NCBI GenBank assembly: GCA_028865585.1
Contig: JAGWJU010000002.1
Span: 1-36,085 of the forward strand
DNA: 36,085 nt
Direction of reading: 5' to 3'
Origin: Elusimicrobiota bacterium
GTDB taxonomy: Bacteria; Elusimicrobiota; Elusimicrobia; UBA1565; UBA9628
Below the pieces are notes generated by a model. It saw only the letters and a program-made list of their open reading frames with translations. It ran no database searches and was not told the origin of the DNA. Both the position numbers and the translations under genes were made by a program. Below are positions 16,232 to 25,139 of this stretch, in pieces; within the stretch, counting starts at the first letter, position 1, and each line of letters starts with the position of its first letter.

Positions 16232-17326
16232 GTGAAAAGATTTAAGTTCTTGCTGTTCGCCGCGTGCTTGGCGCCGGTTGCGGCGCCGTCTTTGTGGGCC
16301 GACTCTCCGGGGGATGCGCCGACGACCAGGTACGTGACGACTTCCCGCGGCTCCCTGGGCCTCTCCGGCTCGGTCTATCTTTATGACTACGCCCCGGCCT
16401 TCTCCGGAGCGAGCAACAACTTCGACCTCTACGCCTTCATCCTGAACCTCGACGGCGCTTCAGCCGACGGCAAAACCGGGCTGCACGCCCAATTCCGCTA
16501 CCGCGACACGAGACTGCGCTCCTATTATCTCTCCAACGTTTGGTTCCAGGAGCTCTATGCCTACCGCAAAACGCCCTGGGGAGACGCGCACGTCGGCAAA
16601 TTTTACAGAAAGGTGGGGATACTCTGGGATGACTCGTTCTTCGGAAACATCCAATATTTCAACGGCCTGAAGCTCGCTCCCAATTACGGCGCGGAGTGGG
16701 TGGGGAACAAGCCTTTGGCTGAAGATTTCAGCGTCGATTATTCCGCGCAATTCTTCCCGAATAACAGCAACACCGACGGATCCCTCCCCGGCCGGGACGT
16801 CGACAGCGATCCTCTGGCCAAAATGCGCAATACCGCGACACTGCGCGTAGTCCCAACCTGGACCTGGGGAAAATCCAATTCCATGGCTTTAGGCTTTTCC
16901 GCGCTGAACGCGAGCCTGGACCGCTCTACCTCGACTGCGGGAAATTTCAACATCAACCAGCTCGCGGCCGACGCGACTTTGACTTGGGGGCCGTCCGTGA
17001 CCTATACCGAGATCCTGCGCCAGAACGGGGAGTTGGACACCACGCAAAACACACTGGGACGTCCCGCCTACGATACGGCGGTCTATCTTCTAGCCGGCAC
17101 GCGCTGGCAGATTAATTCCAGGGTAAACCTTCGCTTTAATTACAGCTCGGCCAATTACGTGGGGCAAAATGCCAGGGAAGAGGAATATGTCCCCGGCGCA
17201 GTGGTAAGCCTGACGCAAAACCTCTCCCTAATCGCAGAGTTCGACTACTGGAGGATCCTCTCCCGGACCGGCGGACAGAGCCTGCTTGATCGCAGCTATA
17301 ATACGGTGCTGCGATACGATTTCTAA
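16232..17326 (+). CDS. Outer-membrane beta-barrel, porin-like
   Basis: GTG start 7 nt after GGGAGG. Signal 'FLLFAACLAPVAAPSLWA'. Beta-strand periodicity. C-terminal 'VLRYDF'. Confidence 0.6.
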   Translation: MKRFKFLLFAACLAPVAAPSLWADSPGDAPTTRYVTTSRGSLGLSGSVYLYDYAPAFSGASNNFDLYAFILNLDGASADGKTGLHAQFRYRDTRLRSYYLSNVWFQELYAYRKTPWGDAHVGKFYRKVGILWDDSFFGNIQYFNGLKLAPNYGAEWVGNKPLAEDFSVDYSAQFFPNNSNTDGSLPGRDVDSDPLAKMRNTATLRVVPTWTWGKSNSMALGFSALNASLDRSTSTAGNFNINQLAADATLTWGPSVTYTEILRQNGELDTTQNTLGRPAYDTAVYLLAGTRWQINSRVNLRFNYSSANYVGQNAREEEYVPGAVVSLTQNLSLIAEFDYWRILSRTGGQSLLDRSYNTVLRYDF

Positions 17327-17337
17327 AGGAGGACGAA

Positions 17338-18714
17338 ATGACCCCAAATTCCACCGCAGCGAATAAGACGCCTTCCATCGGCGAGCGCTTGGATCGCTTG
17401 CAATGGCGGCCGTTCCACACGCGGGTCAGTCTGGCTTTAGGAATCGCCTGGCTCTTGGATTCCTTCGAGGTCAATATCATCGGCAACGTGCTAGGCCTGC
17501 TGAAGAAGCTTTGGGCCATCAGCAGCTTTGAGAGCTCGCTTTTGGTCAGCGTCTGGCTGGTAGGTATCATGGTCGGAGCTCTATTTTTCGGTTATCTTGC
17601 CGATCGCTACGGCCGCCGCAAGCTCTTTCTCCTGACCCTGGCGCTCTATTCGGCCTTTACCTTGGCCTCCGCCGCGGCCCCGGGTTATGTCTGGTTCCTC
17701 GTTTTTCGCTTCCTGACCGCCATCGGGGTGGGCGCCGAATATTCAGCCATCAACTCAGCCATCAGCGAACTCATCCCTGCCCGTTTTCGGGGCCGCGCCA
17801 ACGCGACGGTCATGAATTTCTGGCCGGTGGGGGGAATCGCGGCCGCGCTCATCACGAGCTTTCTCATCAATCTCTTGCCGCCGTCCATCGGCTGGCGTTT
17901 GGCCTTCGGTTTCGGCGCCATCATCGCGCTCTTCACGCTTTGGGCCCGCCGAGCGCTTCCCGAATCGCCGCGATGGCTTTCCAAGCGCGGGCTCGATGTC
18001 CAGGCCCGCGGTGCGCTGGCGCAAATAGAGGATGGGGAACGGCGATTCTCCGGTTCGGACCGTGCTCCCGATCGTGCGCCGGGGTTTTGGGAGCAGTTGA
18101 CGGAACTAGTGCGCCGTTGTCCAGGCCGTCTCGCATTGGGTTGCGCGCTCGACTTCTCGGAGGCCTCGGGCTACTACGGCATCTTTGCTTTCCTGCCGTT
18201 AGTCGTTCTTCCGAAACTGGGCATCGCCGAGGGGCGCGTACCATGGTTCTTCATCGTGGGCAATGTGGGAGCGGCTGCAGGTGGGCTTTTAGCCGCCTGG
18301 GCGCTTGATCGCGCCGGCCGCAAAATCACGGTGACGGGCTTCTATCTCTTGGCCGCCGGCGCGATGCTGATTATGGGTGCGGCCTCGCAAACCGGAAACG
18401 TTACGGGCGTGACTTGGGCCTTCATCGCGGCGAACTTCTGCGCCACGGGCAGTTGGATTTCGGCTTATCCCACGTTCTCGGAGATCTTTCCGACCCACCT
18501 ACGCTCGACCGGCATCGGCTTTTCGGTCGCCTTCGGCCGCATCGGAGCGGCCGCAGCGCCTCCGCTTTTGGTCTACCTCGCCGGACGCTGGAGCCCGATG
18601 GCGGCTTTCGCCCTCCTAGCATCTTTCTGGCTCATCGGCGCCGCAGCCATGGTTCCCTGGTGCGTCAAGGGTCCCGAGGCGCGCGGATTGGCATTGGAGG
18701 CGCTGGAGGCATAA
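17338..18714 (+). CDS. MFS transporter (metabolite:H+ symporter-like)
   Basis: AAGGAGGA SD. 'GYLADRYGRRKLFLL' is the MFS loop 2-3 motif. About 12 TMs. Confidence 0.88.
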   Translation: MTPNSTAANKTPSIGERLDRLQWRPFHTRVSLALGIAWLLDSFEVNIIGNVLGLLKKLWAISSFESSLLVSVWLVGIMVGALFFGYLADRYGRRKLFLLTLALYSAFTLASAAAPGYVWFLVFRFLTAIGVGAEYSAINSAISELIPARFRGRANATVMNFWPVGGIAAALITSFLINLLPPSIGWRLAFGFGAIIALFTLWARRALPESPRWLSKRGLDVQARGALAQIEDGERRFSGSDRAPDRAPGFWEQLTELVRRCPGRLALGCALDFSEASGYYGIFAFLPLVVLPKLGIAEGRVPWFFIVGNVGAAAGGLLAAWALDRAGRKITVTGFYLLAAGAMLIMGAASQTGNVTGVTWAFIAANFCATGSWISAYPTFSEIFPTHLRSTGIGFSVAFGRIGAAAAPPLLVYLAGRWSPMAAFALLASFWLIGAAAMVPWCVKGPEARGLALEALEA

Positions 18715-19607
18715 TGGAAGCAGCGGCAAAACCCGTCAATACGGAACAGCGCTATCCTTTTTCGCCCCTGTTCGCTCTCGACACGCTCTGGCTTCAGGTG
18801 GCGGGGACCCTCTGCAACCTGCGCTGCACTCATTGCTTCATCTCCTGCTCTCCGGCCAATCACAGCCATGAAATGATGTCCCTCGAAGATGTGAGGCGCT
18901 ATCTGGACGAGGCACGGCAGATGGGAGTTAAAGAGTATTACTTTACCGGTGGAGAGCCCTTCATGAACAAGGATCTCTTCGCCATGATTGAACTGGCTCT
19001 CAAGCAAGGCCCCGTCTCCATCCTGACCAATGGCCTGCTGATCACCTCTAAAACCGCCGCGCGGCTTAAAAGCCTTTCGGACGCCTCGGACTACAGCCTG
19101 GAGCTGCGCGTTTCCTTGGACGGCTATGACGCCGCGACTCATGACGCGGTCCGGGGCCTCGGCACATTCGGAAAGACGCTCAAGGGCGTCTTAAACCTGG
19201 CCGAGGCGGGCCTCAATCCCGTCATCACCGCGGTCGAGGTGAAGGATGACTTGGGCGCCCGGCAAGGCCGCGAAAAATTCCTGGCCTTCTTAAAATCCAT
19301 CGGACTCACAAAGCCCCGGCTTAAAATACTGCCCATTCTGCGATTGGGAGCCGAAATTCACCGGACGCGCGCCTATGAGGCCTGGGAAAACCTGCGCGGA
19401 CGCGAACTGACGAAAGAAGACGGCTTGGCTCTGCAGTGCTCCTCCTGCCGCATGGCGACGTCCAAAGGCGTCTACGTCTGCCCCTTGCTCATCGATTCGC
19501 CGGACGCGCGCATGGGGGCGACATTGCGGGACTCCCTGCGGCCTTTTGAACTTAAGCATCAGGCGTGCTATACCTGCCACGCCACGGGGTTTTCATGCCG
19601 GACTTAA
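18714..19607 (+). CDS. Radical SAM protein with Cys-rich C-terminal domain (ArsS / TIGR04167-like 'rSAM/selenodomain' family, all-Cys form)
   Basis: The ATG overlaps the MFS stop (TAATG). 'CNLRCTHC' is CxxxCxxC. 'YYFTGGEPF' is present. C-terminal 'CSSC...C...ACYTCHATGFSC' is Cys-rich. The track ORF from 18414 is an upstream extension inside the MFS gene. Confidence 0.85.
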   Translation: MEAAAKPVNTEQRYPFSPLFALDTLWLQVAGTLCNLRCTHCFISCSPANHSHEMMSLEDVRRYLDEARQMGVKEYYFTGGEPFMNKDLFAMIELALKQGPVSILTNGLLITSKTAARLKSLSDASDYSLELRVSLDGYDAATHDAVRGLGTFGKTLKGVLNLAEAGLNPVITAVEVKDDLGARQGREKFLAFLKSIGLTKPRLKILPILRLGAEIHRTRAYEAWENLRGRELTKEDGLALQCSSCRMATSKGVYVCPLLIDSPDARMGATLRDSLRPFELKHQACYTCHATGFSCRT

Positions 19608-20413
19608 ACGGCCGGACCATAGAGGCGGGAGCCTTCAAGAGCGTCGCCTTCATCGGCGGCATCTATTCTAATTATCTCGCCCTGGGAAAAGCGCTCGAGT
19701 TGCTTAAAGGACGGGCGGATACCGTTGTGGCATTGGGCGATTTCGGCGCGTTCGGGCCGCATCCTGACCGAACGCTTGAAATTCTGCGGGAAAGGGAAAT
19801 AGCGGCCATCCGGGGGAACTACGAGGAGGCCTTGGCCGAGGGCGCGGACGACTGCCGCTGCGGCTACACCGATCCGCGCGACAATGAGTTCGCCCGGATC
19901 TCCTACGATTACACAAAAGCGAACACCTCGCGGGAGCACGTGCAATGGATGGGCTCCTTGCCCGCGCATATCCGCTTAAGCATAGCCGGGAAGCGGATTC
20001 TGCTCTGCCACGGCTCGCCGCGCCGCGTCAACGAGTTTCTCTGGGAAAGCGCCACGCCCGAGCCCTTCATCAAAAAAATGCTGGACGACCACGAGGCCGA
20101 CATCGTGGTCTGCACCCACACGGGGCTCCACTGGGCCCGCTTCATAGAGCCGGGCCGAGGCGTGGTCAACGTCGGAGCTCTCGGGCGTCCCGCCAACGAC
20201 GGCGCTCCTCGCGTCTGGACGGCCGTCATCGAGGAGAAGGACGGCGCGCCGGCAGTCCGTTTTTTGCCCGTGGAGTACGATTTCGAGCGGCTGGCGCGCG
20301 AGATGGAGTCGGAAAAGCTGCCGCCCGAGTTCGCCCAAACCATCCGCACCGGCTGGTGGACGACCTGCCTGGAAACGCTGCCCGCCAAGGAGCGGGCCGC
20401 GGGGAAGTTCTAG
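19595..20413 (+). CDS. Metallophosphoesterase (calcineurin-like)
   Basis: 'VALGDFGAFGP', 'IRGNYEE', 'LLCHGSP' and 'VVCTHTG' motifs. Overlaps the rSAM 3' end by 13 nt. Confidence 0.8.
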   Translation: MPDLNGRTIEAGAFKSVAFIGGIYSNYLALGKALELLKGRADTVVALGDFGAFGPHPDRTLEILREREIAAIRGNYEEALAEGADDCRCGYTDPRDNEFARISYDYTKANTSREHVQWMGSLPAHIRLSIAGKRILLCHGSPRRVNEFLWESATPEPFIKKMLDDHEADIVVCTHTGLHWARFIEPGRGVVNVGALGRPANDGAPRVWTAVIEEKDGAPAVRFLPVEYDFERLAREMESEKLPPEFAQTIRTGWWTTCLETLPAKERAAGKF

Positions 20414-20420
20414 CGGCGAG

Positions 20421-21104
20421 ATGAAGATATCAATCATCATTCCCGTTCTAAACGAGAGCGGGACAATCGCCGCCGCGCTCAAGCGCCTCAAAGAGCCCGG
20501 CGAGGCGGAGCCCCCGGAGATTATTGTTTCCGACGGAGGAAGCGCCGACGGCACGCCGGAAGCGGCTCAAAATCTGGCGGACAACGTGATACGGGCCGGC
20601 AGACCCGGCCGCGCGCGGCAGATGCATGAAGGCGCCTTGGCCGCCGCGGGGGAACTTCTGCTCTTCCTTCACGCCGACACCCGCCTGCCGGAAAATTGGA
20701 GGGAAGTTCTGGAGGAAGCTTGGCGCGGACGTCCGCGGCCGGCCGCTGCGGCGTTTCGCCTGCGCTTCGACAGCGATTCATGGTTCTATCGCATTATCGC
20801 CCGAGCTGCCGCTTGGCGCAGCCGGATGACCGGGGTTCCGCTGGGAGATCAGGCTATCGCCGTTTTGCGCGAAGATTACTTCCAGGTCGGAGGATTCCCC
20901 CCGGTGCCGCTGATGGAGGAATACTTTCTCATCGCCAAGCTCAGACGTCTTGGCCCGGTGCTCATCCTGCCCGAGGCCGCCGTCACCTCGGCCAGGCGCT
21001 ACGAAAAAAAAGGCCGCGTTTTCCAGGTTTTAAGGAACGCCTTCATCACCGCCCTATTCTACGCGGGGGTCCCGCCGCGAGTGCTGGCGAAAATTTACCG
21101 ATGA
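20421..21104 (+). CDS. GT2-like transferase ('rSAM/selenodomain-associated transferase 2', TIGR04283-like)
   Basis: 'ISIIIPVLNESGTI...IIVSDGGSADGT...GRARQMHEGA...LLFLHADTRLP' matches my memory of this family. Confidence 0.8.
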   Translation: MKISIIIPVLNESGTIAAALKRLKEPGEAEPPEIIVSDGGSADGTPEAAQNLADNVIRAGRPGRARQMHEGALAAAGELLLFLHADTRLPENWREVLEEAWRGRPRPAAAAFRLRFDSDSWFYRIIARAAAWRSRMTGVPLGDQAIAVLREDYFQVGGFPPVPLMEEYFLIAKLRRLGPVLILPEAAVTSARRYEKKGRVFQVLRNAFITALFYAGVPPRVLAKIYR

Positions 21105-21793
21105 CCCAGCGGCAGGACGCCGTCGTGGTTTTCGCCAAAGCGCCGGTCCCCGGCCGCGTCAAAACAAGACTGTGCCCGCCGCTGTCTTTCGGACAGGCCG
21201 CGCAATTATACCGGGCCTTCATCCTGGACACCCTGGCGTGCGCGCGGAGCATTGCCGGGGTCAAGCTCCTGGTGGCCTACGCCGATGACGGAGCCTCGCC
21301 GGAGCTGAACTGGCTTAAAAATCAGCCCGGCTTTGATTTTTTTCCGCAGGAAGGCGGGGATTTAGGCGAGCGGCTCGTCCGCGCGTTCGACAGTGTTTTT
21401 CAAGGCGGAGCCGGGAAAGCCGTGATCATCGGCTCCGACGCGCCGCAGATCCGCCCCGAGACGATAAGACGCGCGCTGGATTCGCTCTCCGAAAGCGACG
21501 CCGTGCTTGGGCCCGCCGAAGACGGCGGCTACTATCTCATCGGGCTTAAGGAGCGCCGACCGGAGCTGTTCCAGGATGTCCCATGGTCCACGGACAAGGC
21601 CTTCGAGGAGACCCTCACCCGCGCGCGGAGTTCCGGCTTGAAAGTTTCGCTACTGGCGCCGATGGCGGACATGGACACCGTATCGGATGTTATAAACTTA
21701 GGACGCGAATTACGGGGAAAGCCGCCGGAAATTTGTCCCGCAACAGGTGAAGTCATGAATAGGCTTATTACAGGAGGGAAAGAGAGTGCTTAA
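21101..21793 (+). CDS. DUF2064 transferase ('rSAM/selenodomain-associated transferase 1', TIGR04282-like)
   Basis: ATGA overlap with the previous gene. 'VVVFAKAPVPGRVKTRLCPPL' N-terminus and 'GPAEDGGYYLIG'. The track ORF from 20696 is an upstream extension. Confidence 0.75.
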   Translation: MTQRQDAVVVFAKAPVPGRVKTRLCPPLSFGQAAQLYRAFILDTLACARSIAGVKLLVAYADDGASPELNWLKNQPGFDFFPQEGGDLGERLVRAFDSVFQGGAGKAVIIGSDAPQIRPETIRRALDSLSESDAVLGPAEDGGYYLIGLKERRPELFQDVPWSTDKAFEETLTRARSSGLKVSLLAPMADMDTVSDVINLGRELRGKPPEICPATGEVMNRLITGGKESA

Positions 21794-23144
21794 AAAAATG
21801 TCGGCCGCCTTTTTTGTCTGCGCCATCATCGGGTTCGTCGGCGGCGTTTTCTATCTGAGAAAAAAGTATGCGGCGGCGCCGATCATGATGATTCCGGTCA
21901 GAACCTACACCACGTTCCAGTACCCCGAGGACCCGGCCCGCCACAGTTCCCGCTTCGGCTTCTACGACGCGCGCCGCTTGAAGCTCGTCACCAAGGACGG
22001 CGTACATTTTAATTTTATTTTCAAACCGGAAAACGGCCGCACGGCGCGGGTCGTGTTCAAGAACGTGGACGTACGGCTTTTGAGCACGACTTTGCCGGCC
22101 TGGACGAAAAGCGACCCCGCCCTCCAGCGCATCGCCCTGACGGATCGGGAGTGGAACCGGCAGGAAGTGAGCTTTAATCCCCATGGAAGTCATTTTGAAA
22201 TCAGCGGAGGAGACGGATGGGAAAAGGAACACATCTACGCGGCGCACCTGGCCAGGAACTGCCTCAACGCCGGCTTATGGGAGGTTCTCTTGTTCGACAA
22301 GGAGAACGGCCGCAAAACCCTCTACTACCACGGCTGGTTCACCTTTCCGCTGGGCTGGTATCGGAAACTTTTTGAGCGCGAGACCGGATTGGCTTATTGG
22401 AGACACTGGTATTATCTGGAGCACTGGGATAATCCCGCGGGGCTCAAAATGGACCTCTCCAAGCTGCGGCGCATGCTGGCGCAATATCCGGTCGAAGCCT
22501 CGTTCAACCCGAATGAGCCCATCCTGCGAGAAGGCGAACAAATCGACAAGCGCAAGAACATCAGCGTCGAAACATTATCTGCCTGGGGAGACATTCTCCG
22601 CAAGAGTCCGTCCATTCGCTACGCCGCCTTTTTGCCGCCCGGCCGTTATTTCGTGAGCCATCCCTGGGGCAACGAGTACTGGCGGCTGGCGAAATTCGAG
22701 GGGGCCGTTTGGCGCCGGATTATTTCCCCGGCCGGGCCCAAACCTCTTGATGAACTAGAGCTTCAATTCAAAAGCACAAAAGGAGCGCTCAGCCGTTATA
22801 TCATCAGCGGCTTTTCCCTAAGCGCGCTGCCCCGGCTTAAGCTCGAGGACTATCCGAAAGGCCTTTACATGCCCATGGGCATCGGCGTGCCGCCGTTCCA
22901 CCAAAGCTACGAGGATCTGGAGAAAAATCCTCCGCAAAAGACTCCTTATTTCTGCCTGTGGCTCGATTCGCGGGGCCGCTGGATCAACCACCACGAGGGC
23001 GGCATCGACGGCCCCGTCTTATTGCGCGACAAGGACAATCCCGATCTGCTCCATGTCTTCCTTCTCTCCTACGAGAGGCACACCCTGATCGGACACTATG
23101 TGATTCACCTCGGGCATCATGCAAAATTGGGAGGCGCTCGATGA
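21786..23144 (+). CDS. Membrane-anchored protein of unknown function (Trp/Tyr-rich)
   Basis: GTG at 21786, 7 nt after GGAGGG, overlaps the upstream stop; ATG at 21798 is the alternative. One N-terminal TM 'AAFFVCAIIGFVGGVFYL'. 'GWFTFPLGWYRKLFE...YWRHWYYLEHWDNP'. I recognise no family. Confidence 0.6.
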   Translation: MLKKMSAAFFVCAIIGFVGGVFYLRKKYAAAPIMMIPVRTYTTFQYPEDPARHSSRFGFYDARRLKLVTKDGVHFNFIFKPENGRTARVVFKNVDVRLLSTTLPAWTKSDPALQRIALTDREWNRQEVSFNPHGSHFEISGGDGWEKEHIYAAHLARNCLNAGLWEVLLFDKENGRKTLYYHGWFTFPLGWYRKLFERETGLAYWRHWYYLEHWDNPAGLKMDLSKLRRMLAQYPVEASFNPNEPILREGEQIDKRKNISVETLSAWGDILRKSPSIRYAAFLPPGRYFVSHPWGNEYWRLAKFEGAVWRRIISPAGPKPLDELELQFKSTKGALSRYIISGFSLSALPRLKLEDYPKGLYMPMGIGVPPFHQSYEDLEKNPPQKTPYFCLWLDSRGRWINHHEGGIDGPVLLRDKDNPDLLHVFLLSYERHTLIGHYVIHLGHHAKLGGAR

Positions 23145-23959
23145 AATCAATTAGCATTAAAGCGCTGGCTCCGTTAACCGCATGCGCGCTGCTCTTGGCC
23201 TCAGCTCTCTCGGCCGCGGCGTCCGATCAGTCCCACGCCCTGTACGCCGAAGTGCTCAAAGCCTACGTGCATGACGGCCGGGTGGACTACGGAGCGCTTT
23301 CTCGGAAACCCGAAGACTTGGACCTCTATCTTAAAACTTTAGCCGCGGTCCCGCGGGGGGAATTCAAAAGCTGGCCGACATCGGATCAACTCGCCTTTCT
23401 CTTAAATCTCTACAACGCGGCGACTCTGCGCCTCATCGTCAGCCACTATCCTATTAAAAGCATCAAGGACATCGGGCACCTTTGGCAGAGTCCCTGGGAC
23501 TTGCCCGTGGTTCATCTCTTCGGTAAGACCATCACGCTCAACGACGTGGAGCACGGCATCATCCGCAAGGATTACGCCGAGCCGCGCGTGCACATGGCCT
23601 TGGTCTGCGCTTCCAAGGGCTGTCCGCCGCTTCGGGACGAGCCCTACGTCGGCGCGCGGCTCAACGCCCAACTCGATGACCAAGCTCGGGCGTTCCTGCG
23701 CAATCCGGACAAGTTCCGCATCGATCGCAAGGCCGGCGTCGTGTATCTTTCCTCCATCTTCAAGTGGTACGGACAAGACTTCATTCCCCGTTATCTGCCG
23801 GCTTCGGGCTTCGGCTTAGGAAGCGCCAAAGAGCGCGCCAGCCTCCATTTCATCGGCGATTATTTGAGCGCCGCGGATCGCGACTACTTAGCCAAAGGCC
23901 GCTACCGGGTTGATTATCTCGATTACGATTGGTCCTTGAACGAACGGGGCTCGCGATGA
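23141..23959 (+). CDS. DUF547 domain protein, secreted
   Basis: ATGA overlap with the previous gene. Signal peptide. 'VDYGAL...LAFLLNLYNAATL...HYPIKSIKDI...HMALVCASKGCPPLR...SSIFKWYGQDF' is the typical DUF547 pattern. Confidence 0.8.
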   Translation: MKSISIKALAPLTACALLLASALSAAASDQSHALYAEVLKAYVHDGRVDYGALSRKPEDLDLYLKTLAAVPRGEFKSWPTSDQLAFLLNLYNAATLRLIVSHYPIKSIKDIGHLWQSPWDLPVVHLFGKTITLNDVEHGIIRKDYAEPRVHMALVCASKGCPPLRDEPYVGARLNAQLDDQARAFLRNPDKFRIDRKAGVVYLSSIFKWYGQDFIPRYLPASGFGLGSAKERASLHFIGDYLSAADRDYLAKGRYRVDYLDYDWSLNERGSR

Positions 23960-24648
23960 AGCGGGTCAAATGGTTCGGAGCCGCGGTTGCCCTTCTTCTC
24001 TTAATCGTCCTGGCCGGGCATTGGAATGTCCAAGGGTTGCTGCGCCGGTCTCTGGCCGCCATCCAAAACATGGGGCCGTGGGCCCCCGGACTCTTTATCG
24101 GAGCCTACATCGCCGCCACCATCTTATTTATTCCCGGCTCACTGCTCACCTTGGGCGCGGGCGTTCTCTTCGGCGTGCTGTGGGGGACGATCTACGTTTC
24201 CATCGGCTCCGTCATGGGCGCCGCGGCGGCGTTCATTCTGGGGCGCACCCTGGCGCGCGATTGGGTCTCTCGCCGCGTCGAAGCCAACGCGAAATTCAAG
24301 GCCGTCAGCCGGGCCGTGGCCGAGGACGGCTGGAAAATCGTGGCGCTGGTGCGGCTCTCTCCTATTTTTCCTTTTAATCTCCTCAATTATGCGCTGGGGG
24401 TCACCGAAGTTTCCTTTCGAGACTACGTCCTGGCGTCGTGGATCGGCATGCTGCCCGGCACCCTGCTCTACGTCTACATCGGCTCCTTGGCCGGGAATCT
24501 GGCGCGGTTAGGATCCTCCTCGGGGCGCTCCCGCGGCCCCTGGGAATGGACTTTTTACGCCGTGGGCTTGTTGGCCACGTTGGCCGTGTCGCTTTACGTG
24601 GGCCGCATCGCGCGCCGGGCGATGCGCGAGCAGGAAACCCCGGAATAA
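23956..24648 (+). CDS. TVP38/TMEM64 (DedA-related) membrane protein
   Basis: ATGA overlap with the previous gene. 'FIPGSLLTLGAGVLFG...GAAAAFILGR...RLSPIFPFNLLNYALG'. Confidence 0.85.
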   Translation: MKRVKWFGAAVALLLLIVLAGHWNVQGLLRRSLAAIQNMGPWAPGLFIGAYIAATILFIPGSLLTLGAGVLFGVLWGTIYVSIGSVMGAAAAFILGRTLARDWVSRRVEANAKFKAVSRAVAEDGWKIVALVRLSPIFPFNLLNYALGVTEVSFRDYVLASWIGMLPGTLLYVYIGSLAGNLARLGSSSGRSRGPWEWTFYAVGLLATLAVSLYVGRIARRAMREQETPE

Positions 24649-24672
24649 TCGGCCGCGAGGCGCCCGTCCCTC

Positions 24673-24704
24673 TTGACTCTATACTCTAGTATAGGGTCTA
24701 TAAT
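24673..24704 (+). promoter_or_regulatory. MerR-type promoter/operator: TTGACT-N20-TATAAT with perfect 7-bp dyad
   Basis: TTGACT CTATACT-ct-AGTATAG ggtc TATAAT. The dyad lies at 24679-24694. GGAG SD and the merR ATG follow 19 nt after the -10. Confidence 0.7.
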
Positions 24705-24722
24705 TTAACCCAGGAGCGAAAC

Positions 24723-25139
24723 ATGGGCCAACGCTTTACCATCGGGAAAATCGCCAATCTGGCGGGGACCAGCATCCAGACCATCCGTTATTACGAGAGA
24801 TGCCGGCTCCTGCCGCCGAACGGCCGTACGGAGTCCGGCTATCGGCTCTACACGGAGGAAGCGGTCCAAAAACTGCGCTTCATCAAGAACGCTCAGAGTC
24901 TCGGTTTCTCCCTGGCTGAAATCGCGCGCCTGCTGCGACTCCGGGTCGGCTCGCCGGCGCAGTGCGGCAAGACCATGGCGCGCGTGAAGGCAAGACTTAA
25001 GGTTGTCCAGGGCAAGATTTCCGGGCTGCGGGCCATCGAAAGAACTTTGCGGCTTTTGATCCGGACCTGCGCGGCCCGGGGGACGAGCTCCTCGTGTCCG
25101 ATTTTGGAAAACTTCGAAATAAAAGACAGGAGGATATAA
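24723..25139 (+). CDS. merR: Mercury-responsive MerR regulator (all three Hg-ligand Cys present)
   Basis: HTH 'TIGKIANLAGTSIQTIRYYERCRLL'. C81 ('AQCGKT'), C116 and C125 ('RTCAARGTSSSCPILENF', C-x8-C) correspond to MerR C82/C117/C126. Confidence 0.88.
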   Translation: MGQRFTIGKIANLAGTSIQTIRYYERCRLLPPNGRTESGYRLYTEEAVQKLRFIKNAQSLGFSLAEIARLLRLRVGSPAQCGKTMARVKARLKVVQGKISGLRAIERTLRLLIRTCAARGTSSSCPILENFEIKDRRI

